A DNA stretch of 16,548 nucleotides from sequence record LR881103, one strand, 5' to 3'. The notes under the pieces were generated by a model. That model was not told where the DNA came from. It saw nothing but the letters and a program-made list of their open reading frames with translations, and did no database searches. The DNA comes from Escherichia phage vB_KppS-Ant. Made by a program: the position numbers and the translations under genes. Shown here one piece after another: positions 15,638 to 16,548 of this stretch (within the stretch, counting starts at the first letter, position 1; the number at the start of each line of letters is the position of its first letter).

Positions 15638-15923
15638 AACTATTGAACTTGCTGAAGCAAAACTTCACTGCCGTATTGATGGCGATGATGAAGATTTGCT
15701 CATTCAGGCTTACATCGATGCGGCTCTGGAGGTTTGCCAGAAACATATCGGCAAGCGGTTTGATAGTGGGCTGGAGCTTACCCCGGCTATCAAAATCGGT
15801 TGCCTGATGTACGTCTCTCAGTTGTACGAGTACCGCACGATGATTAGCGATGTGGAGGCGAAAGAGGTTCCTCTTGCTGTCTCAGCGCTGTGGTCTGTCT
15901 ATCGTGACGTGGGGGTGTACTGA
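15630..15923 (+). CDS. gp6-like head-tail connector protein
   Basis: 97 aa; LAEAKLHCRIDGDDEDLLIQAYIDAA...; GTG start overlapping the upstream gene. Confidence 0.65.
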   Translation: MAETIELAEAKLHCRIDGDDEDLLIQAYIDAALEVCQKHIGKRFDSGLELTPAIKIGCLMYVSQLYEYRTMISDVEAKEVPLAVSALWSVYRDVGVY

Positions 15924-16366
15924 TGCCGTGGCAACCCTTACGCCGTTGCACTGAGCCGGGATGCAACAAGCGCGTGAAGTCTGGTAAATGCGATGAGCAT
16001 AAACGGGAGGTGTGGCGGGCACAGGATGCCAGACGCGGCCACCGTCGCGCCCGTGGTTACTCAGCAGCATGGGAGAAGTATCGCGCCCAGTATCTAAAAC
16101 GCTATCCCCTGTGCGCTGAGTGCCAGAAGCAGGGCCTCTTCGTTCCTGCAAAGATTGTCGATCACATCATCCCTATCGACGGCGGTGATGATGTTCTGTT
16201 CTGGCCTGAGTGGAATCACCAGCCGTTATGCCAGACGCATCATAACCAGAAGACCACACAGCAAGACCCTATCACCAAAGCCAATCGCAAAGCGGGGATG
16301 TACCACGAGCAGGAAGAGCGGGCAGCACAGCGCAATAACTGGATGTATGAGGTTGATCATGAATGA
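15923..16366 (+). CDS. HNH endonuclease (terminase-associated type)
   Basis: 147 aa; Cys pairs CTEPGC and CAECQ plus DHIIPIDGGDD...NHQPLCQTHHNQK HNH signature. Confidence 0.85.
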   Translation: MPWQPLRRCTEPGCNKRVKSGKCDEHKREVWRAQDARRGHRRARGYSAAWEKYRAQYLKRYPLCAECQKQGLFVPAKIVDHIIPIDGGDDVLFWPEWNHQPLCQTHHNQKTTQQDPITKANRKAGMYHEQEERAAQRNNWMYEVDHE

Positions 16367-16511
16367 GAAAGACGTGGTGAATCTGTATCAGTCGCTGGCC
16401 CGATGCCGTGATGGCTTCATGCAGACCCGCACCAGACGCGATGAGCGCCAGCCTGTGCAGCGCATGAGTGAGCGTGACCGGGAGTTGCGGGAATGCTTCC
16501 GCAACCGCTGA
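16359..16511 (+). CDS. Hypothetical small Arg-rich protein (about 50 aa), internal start of ORF 16155..16511
   Basis: ATG at 16359 overlaps the HNH stop; GAGG 6 nt upstream. Confidence 0.35.
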   Translation: MNEKDVVNLYQSLARCRDGFMQTRTRRDERQPVQRMSERDRELRECFRNR

Positions 16512-16548
16512 CAGGCCGCACCGATGGGGTGGGGGAGGTTTTCAGGAC

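Larger units (their letters stand above)
1..16548 (+). mobile_element. Phage-satellite-like integrative element (capsid-forming PICI / P4-like): integrase, AlpA, SF3 helicase plus iteron origin, own HK97-type head module, HNH and terminase, but no tail or lysis genes
   Basis: Gene content and order read from the ORF translations; unidirectional, tightly packed or overlapping genes; absence of tail tube, sheath, fibre and lysis genes across the whole window. Confidence 0.6.

Overview
The window reads as one compact mobile element transcribed almost entirely on the + strand, most consistent with a phage satellite of the capsid-forming PICI / P4-like kind. All calls are from reading the sequence and ORF translations; no database search was run. 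Left to right: small terminase (23..379) and large terminase (363..2024); a lambda-family tape-measure-like protein (2036..4333) with two small ORFs; two intrinsic terminators and an AT-rich att-like segment flanked by duplicated TGTATAAACA decamers (4850..5104); a P4-type tyrosine integrase (5123..6343) with a translationally coupled AT-rich cargo gene (6343..6993); two 10-bp-periodic tandem repeat arrays (7130..7337); an AlpA-family regulator (7584..7868) and an unknown 230-aa protein; a structured region with palindromes and minus-strand terminators; a small minus-strand ribbon-helix-helix gene (8982..9185) divergent from a near-consensus sigma70 promoter embedded in three operator-like 12-mers (9203..9270); two small acidic ORFs; a P4-alpha/D5-type SF3 helicase replication protein (9938..11689) followed by an origin-like cluster of TGTTCACC iterons (11720..11950); then a complete HK97-type head module in reversed gene order (major capsid, prohead protease, portal, head-tail adaptor, gp6-like connector) and an HNH endonuclease (15923..16366). 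No tail tube, sheath, baseplate, fibre, lysis, tRNA, rRNA or CRISPR features were seen. The two window ends fit together as HNH - small ORF - terS - terL, so the window may be a complete ~16.5-kb element linearised upstream of terS. The points I would look at first are the tape-measure homologue in an otherwise tail-less element, the repressor-like divergent control region, the cargo gene beside the integrase, and the two iteron families.
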